Assembly: GCA_964252035.1 (NCBI GenBank)
Contig: OZ176201.1
DNA: 64,000 bases
Source of the DNA: Podarcis erhardii
Lineage: Eukaryota
Strand: one strand, 5' to 3'
Below the pieces are notes generated by a model. It ran no database searches. It was given only the letters and a program-made list of their open reading frames with translations, and was not told where the DNA came from. The position numbers were made by a program, and so were the translations under genes. Below, piece by piece: positions 35,701-43,231 of this stretch (position 1 is the first letter of the stretch; every line of letters starts with the position of its first letter).

Positions 35701-35864
35701 CCTGAGTCGAGCCCAGCTCCCTCCCTCCCTCCCTCCCTCCCTCTCCCCTTGGCTCACCCGGAGCCAGCCGCGGTGGTGGCCTTGATGGAGTTGATGCGCA
35801 GCCGATTGGCCGTGTCCTTCAGGGCCTGCAGCGTCTGCTGGTCGGGCTTGTGATAATCCTCCAT
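1277..35864 (-). CDS. TKT: Transketolase, complete 14-exon CDS: join of 35758-35864, 24053-24170, 22861-22974, 21169-21266, 15954-16145, 14356-14474, 10972-11165, 9439-9603, 7724-7880, 4926-5056, 4209-4292, 3983-4076, 2561-2683, 1277-1464 (1884 nt, 627 aa)
   Basis: Manual splicing gives an open frame, [42 protein letters not shown]...[16 protein letters not shown]...IAEQNM...SRNAE*. All introns are GT-AG with matching phases. The ThDP-binding GDG..N motif and catalytic His motifs (GSGHPT, SKGHAAP, WHGKP, SHCG) are intact. Confidence 0.99.
2561..2683 (-). CDS. TKT: TKT exon 13 (123 nt)
   Basis: Encodes [41 protein letters not shown]; donor G|GTAGGT. Confidence 0.98.
3983..4076 (-). CDS. TKT: TKT exon 12 (94 nt)
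   Basis: Encodes [32 protein letters not shown]; canonical splice sites. Confidence 0.98.
4209..4292 (-). CDS. TKT: TKT exon 11 (84 nt)
   Basis: Encodes [28 protein letters not shown]; donor GTGAGC. Confidence 0.98.
4926..5056 (-). CDS. TKT: TKT exon 10 (131 nt)
   Basis: Encodes [43 protein letters not shown]; donor AAG|GTCTGC. Confidence 0.98.
7724..7880 (-). CDS. TKT: TKT exon 9 (157 nt)
   Basis: Encodes [53 protein letters not shown]; donor GTAAGC. Confidence 0.98.
8035..8175 (-). mobile_element. Degenerate MIR/Squam3-like SINE fragment
   Basis: Diverged similarity to the neighbouring SINE (ccttacaacaa...gtgactcaagatc...gaacttgggtctcc). Confidence 0.45.
8320..8581 (-). mobile_element. 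Squam3/MIR-like tRNA-derived SINE, near full length
   Basis: Head TGTGGTGTAGTGGTTAAGAGCGG...GGGTTCGCGTCTCC, core GGTGACCTTGGGCTAGTCAC, tail (CTC)n(CTT)n. Confidence 0.85.
8863..9180. mobile_element. hAT-type MITE with internal AT-rich tandem repeat
   Basis: TIRs (ccc)TGGTTCCCAAC / GTTGGGAACCACTG; 8-bp TSD CCCTAAGC / CTCTAAGC. Confidence 0.8.
9439..9603 (-). CDS. TKT: TKT exon 8 (165 nt)
   Basis: Encodes [55 protein letters not shown]; donor GTAAGG. Confidence 0.98.
10972..11165 (-). CDS. TKT: TKT exon 7 (194 nt)
   Basis: Encodes [64 protein letters not shown]; donor AAG|GTATGA. Confidence 0.97.
11470..11625 (+). mobile_element. Degenerate Squam3/MIR-like SINE
   Basis: gactggaaatacctgggttaaaatccccactc...tcagcctgacttacttcacag core. 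Confidence 0.55.
13342..13629. mobile_element. GC-rich hAT-type MITE
   Basis: Perfect 8-bp TSD ACCAACGC (13334-13341 and 13630-13637); degenerate TIRs tggtgacgtagg / gctacgccactg. Confidence 0.8.
14038..14255 (+). mobile_element. MIR/Squam3-like SINE
   Basis: Head ggtgtagcatagtggtgaaaagactgaac..., core ctaggtggccataggcaaaccactc, 3' gggttgctgtaagg. Confidence 0.65.
14356..14474 (-). CDS. TKT: TKT exon 6 (119 nt)
   Basis: Encodes [40 protein letters not shown]; canonical splice sites. Confidence 0.98.
15914..15953. repeat. (ATAC)10 / (GTAT)10 microsatellite at the TKT intron-5 donor
   Basis: Ten perfect units counted directly. Confidence 0.97.
15954..16145 (-). CDS. TKT: TKT exon 5 (192 nt), ThDP-binding motif
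   Basis: Encodes [64 protein letters not shown]; donor GG|GTATGT. Confidence 0.99.
16904..17039. mobile_element. Palindromic ~135-bp squamate MITE
   Basis: Long imperfect inverted arms (caaacttgggtccccagatgttgttggacc... / ...gtccaacaacatccagggacccaagtttg). Related copies at ~2125-2225, ~16790-16860, ~24680-24770, 36330-36440 and 40895-41015. Confidence 0.75.
17738..18010 (+). mobile_element. CR1-type LINE 3' fragment
   Basis: [25 protein letters not shown] (CR1 ORF2 C-terminus), then the squamate CR1 3' UTR (ctgcttgtgggctgccatggggcatct...gactagataggtc). Confidence 0.75.
18578..18588 (+). promoter_or_regulatory. Perfect antioxidant response element (NRF2/sMaf) GTGACTCAGCA
   Basis: Matches RTGACTCAGCA followed by an A/T tract (AAAT); AP-1 site TGAGTCA at 18457-18463. 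Confidence 0.55.
21169..21266 (-). CDS. TKT: TKT exon 4 (98 nt)
   Basis: Encodes [33 protein letters not shown]; TTAG acceptor, GTATCT donor. Confidence 0.98.
21655..21825. mobile_element. Harbinger-like MITE
   Basis: TIRs GGGCTGCATCC / GGATGCAACCC. Confidence 0.45.
22342..22583 (-). mobile_element. 5'-truncated Sauria SINE
   Basis: Highly similar to the 3' two-thirds of the 26247-26603 copy; 14-bp TSD AGCCTGTTTTAATA (22328-22341 and 22584-22597). Confidence 0.92.
22861..22974 (-). CDS. TKT: TKT exon 3 (114 nt)
   Basis: Encodes [38 protein letters not shown]; AG acceptor, GTGAGT donor. Confidence 0.98.
23040..23170 (+). mobile_element. CR1 3' UTR remnant
   Basis: gcaggcatctggttgtctactgcaagaacaggatgctagagtagatggg, same family as 17738-18010. 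Confidence 0.55.
24053..24170 (-). CDS. TKT: TKT exon 2 (118 nt)
   Basis: TGCAG|C acceptor; encodes [39 protein letters not shown]; donor AAG|GTAAGA. Confidence 0.98.
24376..24456. repeat. Perfect 37-bp direct duplication
   Basis: CCCCAAAATGGATGCCGAAATGTAAGCTTCAGTGACA at 24376-24412 and 24420-24456. Confidence 0.95.
25679..26222. mobile_element. hAT (Charlie-like) non-autonomous element
   Basis: Degenerate TIRs caagtgtggagaaacc / ggttcctcactcctg with ggccagatcc/ggcccc subterminal motifs; 5/8 TSD. Confidence 0.55.
26247..26603 (-). mobile_element. Full-length Sauria (Squam1) SINE
   Basis: tRNA-like head with perfect B box GGTTCGAATCC, (ACCTTT)n tail, 11-bp TSD AATGAGGCTTA (26236-26246 and 26604-26614). 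Confidence 0.93.
27495..27532 (+). mobile_element. Very short Penelope-like 3' remnant
   Basis: ttttgctgcagacgactaacacagctacccctctgg resembles the reptile Penelope terminus. Confidence 0.4.
27535..27605. repeat. Low-complexity (TAGATA)-like repeat
   Basis: Directly visible. Confidence 0.75.
29164..29814 (+). mobile_element. CR1 LINE 3' fragment (ORF2 C-terminus plus 3' UTR)
   Basis: Encodes [39 protein letters not shown]...; ends in the CR1 terminal ATTCTATGA motif. Confidence 0.92.
29239..29270 (-). mobile_element. 32-nt tail-only Sauria-SINE/RTE-type retroinsertion nested in the CR1
   Basis: GGGGTACCTTTACCTTTACCTTTT tail flanked by 13-bp TSD AAGGAAAGTAATA (29226-29238 and 29271-29283). 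Confidence 0.75.
30083..30101 (-). promoter_or_regulatory. Strong CTCF motif
   Basis: TGACCACCAGGGGGCGGGT contains the 13-nt CTCF core CCACCAGGGGGCG. Confidence 0.55.
31180..32056 (-). mobile_element. Solo-LTR-like element (~870 bp)
   Basis: The minus strand starts TGTAG, has TATA-like CATAAAAAGGGG (31771-31782) and then AATAAA (31285-31290). GC-richer than flanks; left boundary and TSD not resolved. Confidence 0.5.
32658..32720. repeat. (AT)n plus (ATGT)n compound microsatellite
   Basis: Directly visible. Confidence 0.95.
35326..35456. mobile_element. Penelope-like element terminal fragment with inverted duplication
   Basis: ttggtctttaaggtgctactggaagg...gactatggcagaccaacacggctacctatctgtaactg matches the squamate Penelope pseudo-LTR end as I recall it; 12-bp TSD AAACGG(C/T)GCTCG. 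Confidence 0.8.
35718..35748 (-). repeat. (GGGA)6 G-tract at the 5' end of TKT intron 1
   Basis: (TCCC)6 on the plus strand. Confidence 0.93.
35758..35864 (-). CDS. TKT: TKT coding exon 1 (107 nt)
   Basis: Kozak TTCGCCATGG; encodes [36 protein letters not shown]; donor GG|GTGAGC. Confidence 0.98.
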
Positions 35865-36944
35865 GGCGAAGCAGGAACGTGGCCGGCGGCGGGCTCGGGT
35901 TGCAGGCGGCGGCAGGAGCTGGAGCTGGAGCGTGTGGCGCTGGACAGGCCCGGGCTCGGCGACTGAGGCAGGAGAGGCGGAGCTGCTCGGCCGGGCGAGG
36001 AGGGGCCAGGCGTCGGGGCCACCTCTGCCAGTGGCGCGCGGGCGGAGTCCTGCCTGCCTGCCCGGGCGAAAAGCCCCCGCCTCCCCAGCAGCGCACTGCC
36101 TGCGGACTGAGCTCTCCCGCCCGGCTGCGAAGGCCAGCCGCTCCCCTCCCGAGGAAGAGAGGCGCGGCTGAGGCGCAGAAAACAGCCGCGTCCTCTTCCC
36201 TCTCGCTCCGCGCGTAACGGGAGCAGGGCGCGGCTCAGCGCCATTTGCGCAGCGGCGAAGGGAAGGGGAAAAGCCCAGGGTGCAACTCAGCCCGCGTAGG
36301 GCGCAGGGCTTCCTTTCCCTCCCTTCCCTCCAGGTGCTGTTGGACTCCGGCTCCCATCACCCTCAGCCAGCACGGCCAATGGTGAGGGATGCTGGGAATT
36401 GGAGTCGAAGAACACCTGGCGGCCCCGCAGGTTTCCCCCAGCCCCGCCTTGTAATGGCATTCTGTGCTTGCGGTGTTGCTTGGCTTTAAAGCGGAGCAAA
36501 CTAGTCGGTTTTGGGGGAGGGGAACGCTCAAAAATTGAGAGACACTCTCTGCTATTTTTCTTGAAAAAGAGGCGCTGGAAGTCACCAGGAACGCCTCCCA
36601 AGTTCTCTTAGAATGGCAATGAGGTCCACTTTTCCGAGTGAAAAAGGCGCTGGGAAGAATGTTCTGCACCTCCTCCATTGAAGACTTTAGGTGTAAAATG
36701 AACCATATTTCTTAAATACATTAGCCTCCACTGTGCCTCAGTTTTCCCAATGGAAACACTGGGCGAGCGCCTGGAACCCCCTGGAATCCTGCTTGGGGGT
36801 TCCAAAGTTGGGAGAAGTCGCTGAGAATGCCCTCTCTTGTGTCCCTACCAAGCGTGCCTGTGAGGGTGGCAGGACTGAGAAAAGGGCCTCCTCTGAAGAT
36901 CTCAGAACATAGAAGGAATATAGTCTTTCAGATAGCTTGGAGCC

Positions 36945-37270
36945 ACAGAGCATTATAACTAGCACTTTTGACTTATGCCCCGAAACAGTCCAGTGGAGCT
37001 GTTAATGCTCCCTATAACCAGACCCAGTCAACAATCTGGCTGCAGGTCTTTGGACCAGTTGACGTTTCTGAGCACTTTTCAAAGGCAGCCCCATGTAGAG
37101 CATGTTATAGTGATCCAAATGGGATGTAGCTAAGCTGCGTGTGTCACACTGGCCAAATACATCTCAAGGAACGAATGCATCTGGTGCACTAGCCTTAACT
37201 GTGCAAATGCACTCCTAGCCACCGTAGAGACATGGGCATCCATGCTTAGGGCTGAGTCCAGGAGCATTAC
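36945..37270 (-). mobile_element. L2 LINE ORF2 fragment
   Basis: The minus strand gives LDYYNMLYMGLPLKSAQKRQLVQRPAARLLTGSGYREH...QLHW (L2 C-terminal region), frameshifted. Confidence 0.75.
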
Positions 37271-37601
37271 ATAGGGATTGTTCCAGGACCCTGTGTACAT
37301 AAGTGGAATCGCATAAAGTGGAGAGCACCCTCTATATGCCTATTTCCCCCTGCTCTTCAGCTCTATCTCACGCTCTCTCTCCACTCCAGACCAAATTAAG
37401 AGTTTGGAGTTGAAGCTCTGGGGCTGCCTGGAGGCCCCGTGGAAAAGCGGCAGCTGCTGCTGCTGTGCTACCCCGTGCATCGGCTGTTCGGTGGGGAGCC
37501 TGAGCGGCTTAAACAAAGCCACACTAAGCCTCTTTGGGACTTCTTCTGCCCTCAGTGACATCCTCTTTAGGCTCCAGGGATGCTATGGTTCCATTTACTT
37601 A

Positions 37602-37951
37602 CTGTATTGGCCTGAATATAACCCTCTTTCCCCCCCAAATTCTGACCATGACAAGTTAAAGTGTGGCTTATATTCGTGACCTTATGGTATGCAGCCAGGA
37701 GTGTGGGGCAAGCAGCACCAGGAGCATGGCAAAACAGCGCCCGCCCCGTGCGTAGTCCCCCGTCCTCTCCCCCAAGGTCAGGAAGGGAGAGAGTGAGGAA
37801 GGGGAAGGGCCACCGGCAACACAACATGGCTCCACCCCCCCCAGCATGCACCCAGGAGCAGTGAGGAATGGAGCGGCTTATGTTCGGGTATTTTCATTTC
37901 CTCCCCCCCCTCCAATTTTAAAGGTGTGGCTTTATATTCAGGCCAATATGC
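37602..37951. mobile_element. Tc1/pogo-type MITE in the DCP1A-TKT intergenic spacer
   Basis: Perfect 16-bp inverted repeat TATTGGCCTGAATATA / TATATTCAGGCCAATA; TA flanks. Confidence 0.8.
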
Positions 37952-38561
37952 TATTTCTCAGCACTGTGCATATGTGCGGTCATGTACAAGTATAACACAC
38001 GTAAGTAGGGGGATGCTTGTATTCAGGTTACATCTTCATCAACTTGAATGAAACAGTTAATTTCAGAAGACATCCTGGCTTTTTAAAGATGCTGAGCCTG
38101 TCAGGTGAATGTCTTACACCATCTCCAATGATGTGTTCTCCTTAGCTTCTTCCCCCAATTTCATAATTGTATATTCCCTGGGTAAGTGTGGCATCAGATG
38201 TTCGTATAGCATATGTTAAAGGTTTATATTAAAGTGTTAAAGCAAACGAAAAGGAACACAGATGCAAGAATCTAGGGTTGCATTCAATGTTAGTCCACAT
38301 ACAGTACCTCCATTGAAGTTAATGGGCACGACTAACTCAGATCCATTAATTTCAATGGGTCTACTCAATGTTAGTTGGCTACAATCCCAAGAGTCACATT
38401 TTTGTGTTAAAGTACCGATACATCTGGTTTTTGAAGACGGTACCCAATTATCAAACCTTCATAAAAGCTTTCAACAGCTCTCCTAAGCTGGACTCCCTTT
38501 TCAAAAGGTGAACTGCCACCAAGAAGATATCAGGACAGACCAGAACATTTGTCTTTGAAGT

Positions 38562-38567
38562 TTTATT
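38562..38567 (-). terminator. Candidate distal DCP1A polyadenylation signal AATAAA
   Basis: AATAAA on the minus strand, preceded by TGTA motifs, at the end of a ~4.6 kb AT-rich UTR-like tract; other AATAAA at 40678-40683 and 41164-41169. Confidence 0.5.
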
Positions 38568-41500
38568 ACAAAAATATATCTGCAAACATACAAAATTTTC
38601 AATGAAAAATGCTTATTCTTAAACATTTATGCAATAACTTAATATTTGCCAGTATAATAAGATGGCACAAATTACATACCCATATACTGAAATGTTAATG
38701 AAGCATTATGGTGACAGTTTTAAAAGTTGCTCAAATGCTAGTGGGCACAATCCAGGCCACCACAGGTGCAGCGCCAATATGTAGAGGATTCCAACAAGTT
38801 CAATATATATCAGCTCCCAATACCCCCACCTATATATGTGCGCAGAAGGATGAATAACTTCAACCAAGCAGTCATGGACTACGAATATGAATGAGACGCG
38901 CGTACAAAAGTTCCATTCCTCTTCCTATCGGTCTCTTGTACTTCCTATGTGCCCACAAAAAATGGGGAAACAGGGCTCTATTGATCCTCTGGGAATCATT
39001 CAGGTGTGAATGCTGTGCCTGTGGAACAGGACCATGCCCATTGTTTTCCTAAAGTAATCACTTAAAATCCAAAAGATCGGAAGCACCTCAAACTCTTGAT
39101 ATGCATGCGAGTGCAAATTAAAGCGCTAAACCCAAACACTGAGTGTAGTGTGCATTTTTAACAGAGAACCACCATGTGCCCACAATGTTAAATTGGTACA
39201 AAAACAAACCACAGGGGGAATATTATTGCAAATGTTTCCCACTTAAAGTGAAGATATTGCACCTTTAACATGTTCACGAAAGATGTCCAAAACTGAGGTG
39301 AAATATATATTGCACACATTCCTCTTTTTTAAGATATGCTTAAGAAGCAACTCATGTAAGCCAACAAGAGGTGGCTGGGTTTTTGTGTCAGACCACTCCA
39401 CATTAAATATATTTCCTGGAAAGTTCCACACTAATTATACCCGTGCCTAAACATGGCATTGGTGGAATGCCCTAAATTCAAGCAAAAGAGAACTATGGGG
39501 GTGGGGTGGGGGAGATACAATTTAGTATGCCTGAAACATGATTATACTCTCTGGCTTAGATCCAAAGTTCCAGGGAGTGAAATGTCACTCTCAGAAGATG
39601 GAAACTCTTCCTTTCTACCAAAACTACTCTGGAGGGCTGAGGAACCTTCCAGAAAACTGAAGCGGCATGTGGGGAGGCAAGGAGGAAGTGGGGATCTGCA
39701 AGATCACCTTCCCCCTTTCCTTCAGCAACATTTGTCTCTTCCACAGAATGAGCTTTTCTGTTCATGGAAGAAATGTTGAATGCAACCCCATGTCAGAATA
39801 AGACATGCTTTTACTTGTCATACTGTCATATTGTGCCTTAGCTCTTAGCAGACTGTTAACATTTTGCTGGGTGGGTCACAAATACAGAGTTGCTAGGCAC
39901 ATTTTTAACAAAACAATGTTAATGCAACAGAACAAAACAGCAATGAGTTCTTATTGAGTAAGCTGCTTGTTTTAAAGTCACTTTTGGATGGACAAATATT
40001 AAGCAATTTTTAATAAAATGCTGCATATAGGCAGCGAAAAAAACACATGCTTAAGATACTGAATATTGATTTTAGGACAGTCTAAAATCATACGTTTGCT
40101 TGTGGGAAATAATACCTTTCTAAAATATAAGCTTGAAAAGAATGGCCCAAGTCGGTTAGCTATGTACTTGTTACTGTTACATGCAGGTAAGAATAAAATG
40201 TTTCATTATAGCTCTAAACTTCTACAAGAGATTAAAAGACCAAATCGCACTGAGAACAGAACTATTGTAATAATTCAACTTAAGGAACTTAATTCCATTA
40301 ATTCCAATAGGTTTACTCTGAGTATGATTACTGTTGGATATGACCGTATGTAATCAGGCTAAAGCTGTCCAGTGATTTCTGCATTTTGTAAGCATCTGTG
40401 ATTTTTACCTTGCAGCAGAGTTTTGTTTTTCAAAGCAATTCTTAAAATGTTTGGTTTTGTTTCGTTTGTTAACTTCTCACGCTGCAATAAGCAATAAAAG
40501 CAGAATGCTGCTTTGTATTGCTTAGCTTGCCTGTGACCTCCCAGCTTGAGCCTGCTACATACACAAATGTTGTTAACGACGTGTGTAAGATCCTAGGTTA
40601 ATGCAAATCTACTGACAAAAAAAAAGAGATTCAACTTTCTTCTAGCTAAGGGAATTCTCTTTGGAAGCAGAGAACTATTTATTGATGCTGCACATACTTC
40701 TATCAGTTGAGAACTCTGACCTGCCAAGCTACCAGATGAGGTTTCTAGGGAATTATAATGCAAAATAGTAAACAGGAGGACGAAGTGTACTGGGACAAAT
40801 ACAGCGATGCTGTCTGAAGCAAAACTCTCTCTCACTAACCCCTTGAAGTCACAAAACCGTAATGGTACATTCAATATAAGGGAACCCTTTATAGCAGGGG
40901 TAGCCAACGTGTCCCCCAGATGTTGGATTACTATCCCCCTCAGCCCTACCCAGTATGGTCAGTGGTCAGGGAGTTGCAGTTCAACATCTGGAGAGAACCA
41001 CACTGGCTACTTCCGTTTCATTTCCACAGATATTTGGATACAATGCTTACTTTGACCATTGTGACCAAGTTCAGCTCAATATCGTTATTCCTCCAATATT
41101 ATGCTTATGGCTAAGAAGGTTTTCTTCTTTCCATACACAATAATTAAGGACTGTTCTTGAGTCTTTATTATCTACAAACACAGCATTATATAAATTTGGT
41201 TCAGGGGGTATGGCTAATACAGCCACTTAAAATAAACTGAAGAGTACTGCAGTGGCTTGATTTCTGCTCCGTCCCCCGGAAAAAGCTTAATACAGAATAA
41301 TTCTGTTTAAATAAGCAAGCATGTTTTTCTTGGTGCACATACATCGGTGTGCTATCAAAGGTCCAGCATTTAAGTAGAGCTCTCATGTTTCCTTAAAAAA
41401 AAAAAAAAAAAAGGCCTAGAAAGCCTGAAAAGAAGCATTTGAGTTTTACCATTAAAGCCAAAACATTAGTTGAATATGCATATCACTACTAACATATTTC

Positions 41501-43150
41501 CCTGAATTCTGCACATATATCTGATATAAAAACTATGTTTGCAACTAGAAACACTGAGTTCAAAGGCCGAAGAGGTTCTCTCAAAAGGCAGATTTTGCTA
41601 AACATAAAAACACCTACTTAAAATCACTCAAAATGAAGTACATATTTTGATTTTTTTAAAATCCAACACGCTATATATCAAAACACTGATTTGTGGTGGA
41701 ATCATAATTAAAGCTTGGTAGATGAATTACAGATAGTATCTGCACCTTGAAGGAATCATCGTTACATTTAAATTTTAAGAGCAACAGGTACATTCTAATT
41801 CAGGACCTTTTCCATTGCAAACTCTACCAAAAGAAGGGGGCCTTTATAAGATCCTGGCTGTGCTTTTTATGAAGCCCTACTCATTTCAGTGGGTTGCACA
41901 GGAAACTGATTGTAGCACATGGATCCTCCATTCCAGCAATGCTTCGACAAATAAGCAGTGTGTGTTGATCGGTTAAAAGGATTACAAAATTACCTTTCAC
42001 AATATAAAACAAAGACCTTCTACTAAAAAACAAAAACCACCCCATCCTTTTAATATTAGTATTGCTTGAACATATTGAGATTTATGTTACACTAGAGTAT
42101 TGCTAGCTACTATCACATGCCATAATGAAATAAATACAAGTCAAGGAGAGACCGATAGCAGCATATAAAACAACAAGGAGATCAGAGCAACTTCCTTTGG
42201 GAAGAAGTTTGATCTTTACAGTGGTAATGAAATCTTAACCTTCTATGAGAACTCACAAAAACCTGCAAATGGAGGGAAAATATGGGGAGAAGAGCAGACT
42301 GCATTTGTTGTTTATGTCCCCATTTTTAAACACCAAAAACGAAATTATACACACTTCTCTGGGTTCCTTCCCATCTATGCTACAGGCAAACCTCCAAAAT
42401 TTGCATTAAGCCTGGAAAGGACAATAAGGGGACCACAATGATGTTCCATCCATTTCTGTTTAAAAATTATTTGCTTGAAAATAGTATCATTAACAAAATA
42501 TAAGAACACTGCAAGTATTGTTAAAGGGGTATTTCATAATCTACCTTCATTTTGCCTTAGTAAAACATAGGGATGCATAAGCCAGCACTGCATATAAAGG
42601 GAGTCAGTTTGATGGTCAATACCATGCTGAGTCCATCCAGCTCTAAGGCTAAAAGACCCCCAGCATTTTTAACAGTGCTTTCCACTGTTTCCTTCCAAAC
42701 CCTAAAATTACATTCTGTATTCCATCCACGGCTCTTTAAATCAGAAGTTAGCTTCACAACTTGTTATCTTTACTCAACTGCCAAAGATGGCTTAGGCCAC
42801 ATTCACCCTAATTATTTAGATGTATGTACCAGAGGAAGAAAAATCAAAACAGTTTTTCATATTACTCTAAACCCACTCAAAAATAATGTGCTGTTAAACA
42901 TGAAGACCATTTTCTGCATACAGAAATAAAAGCCTGCTGGTGATTGGTCACAGTGAAACCTAGATCACTTCTGAGAACATTAGTTACGCAATTTTAAGGG
43001 ACAAGGTCTCCTTAATTTAACAAAACTCCTTACTTTAACAAAACTTAAAACTCAACTAAAAACAACCTTTAAAAATATTAACAGTTTCACAGAAGAGGCA
43101 TAATTGTTTCTGAAACAATTAGGTGGTAAGTTGAACTGTATTTACTTCAG

Positions 43151-43231
43151 TTATAGTTTGATGCTGTCCGTATTCTTGGTCAAGACTTGTAAATAAACTT
43201 CATGAAGCGTACTAAGAAAATTCGCATCGTT
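43151..43231 (-). CDS. DCP1A: DCP1A exon 10 coding part (81 nt including TAA)
   Basis: Encodes NDANFLSTLHEVYLQVLTKNTDSIKL*. Confidence 0.97.
   Translation of the reverse strand, partial: NDANFLSTLHEVYLQVLTKNTDSIKL

Larger units (their letters stand above)
35480..36450. promoter_or_regulatory. CpG-island promoter of TKT
   Basis: Dense CpG and high GC around exon 1; GC box GGGCGGAGT at 36040-36048; CCAAT at 36376-36380; no clear TATA box. Confidence 0.88.

Noticed and set aside
35626-36678. Many overlapping 100-156 aa ORFs around the TKT promoter
   Set aside because: Expected in a GC-rich CpG island (few stop codons); low-complexity A/P/R/G translations; only 35758-35864 is real coding sequence.
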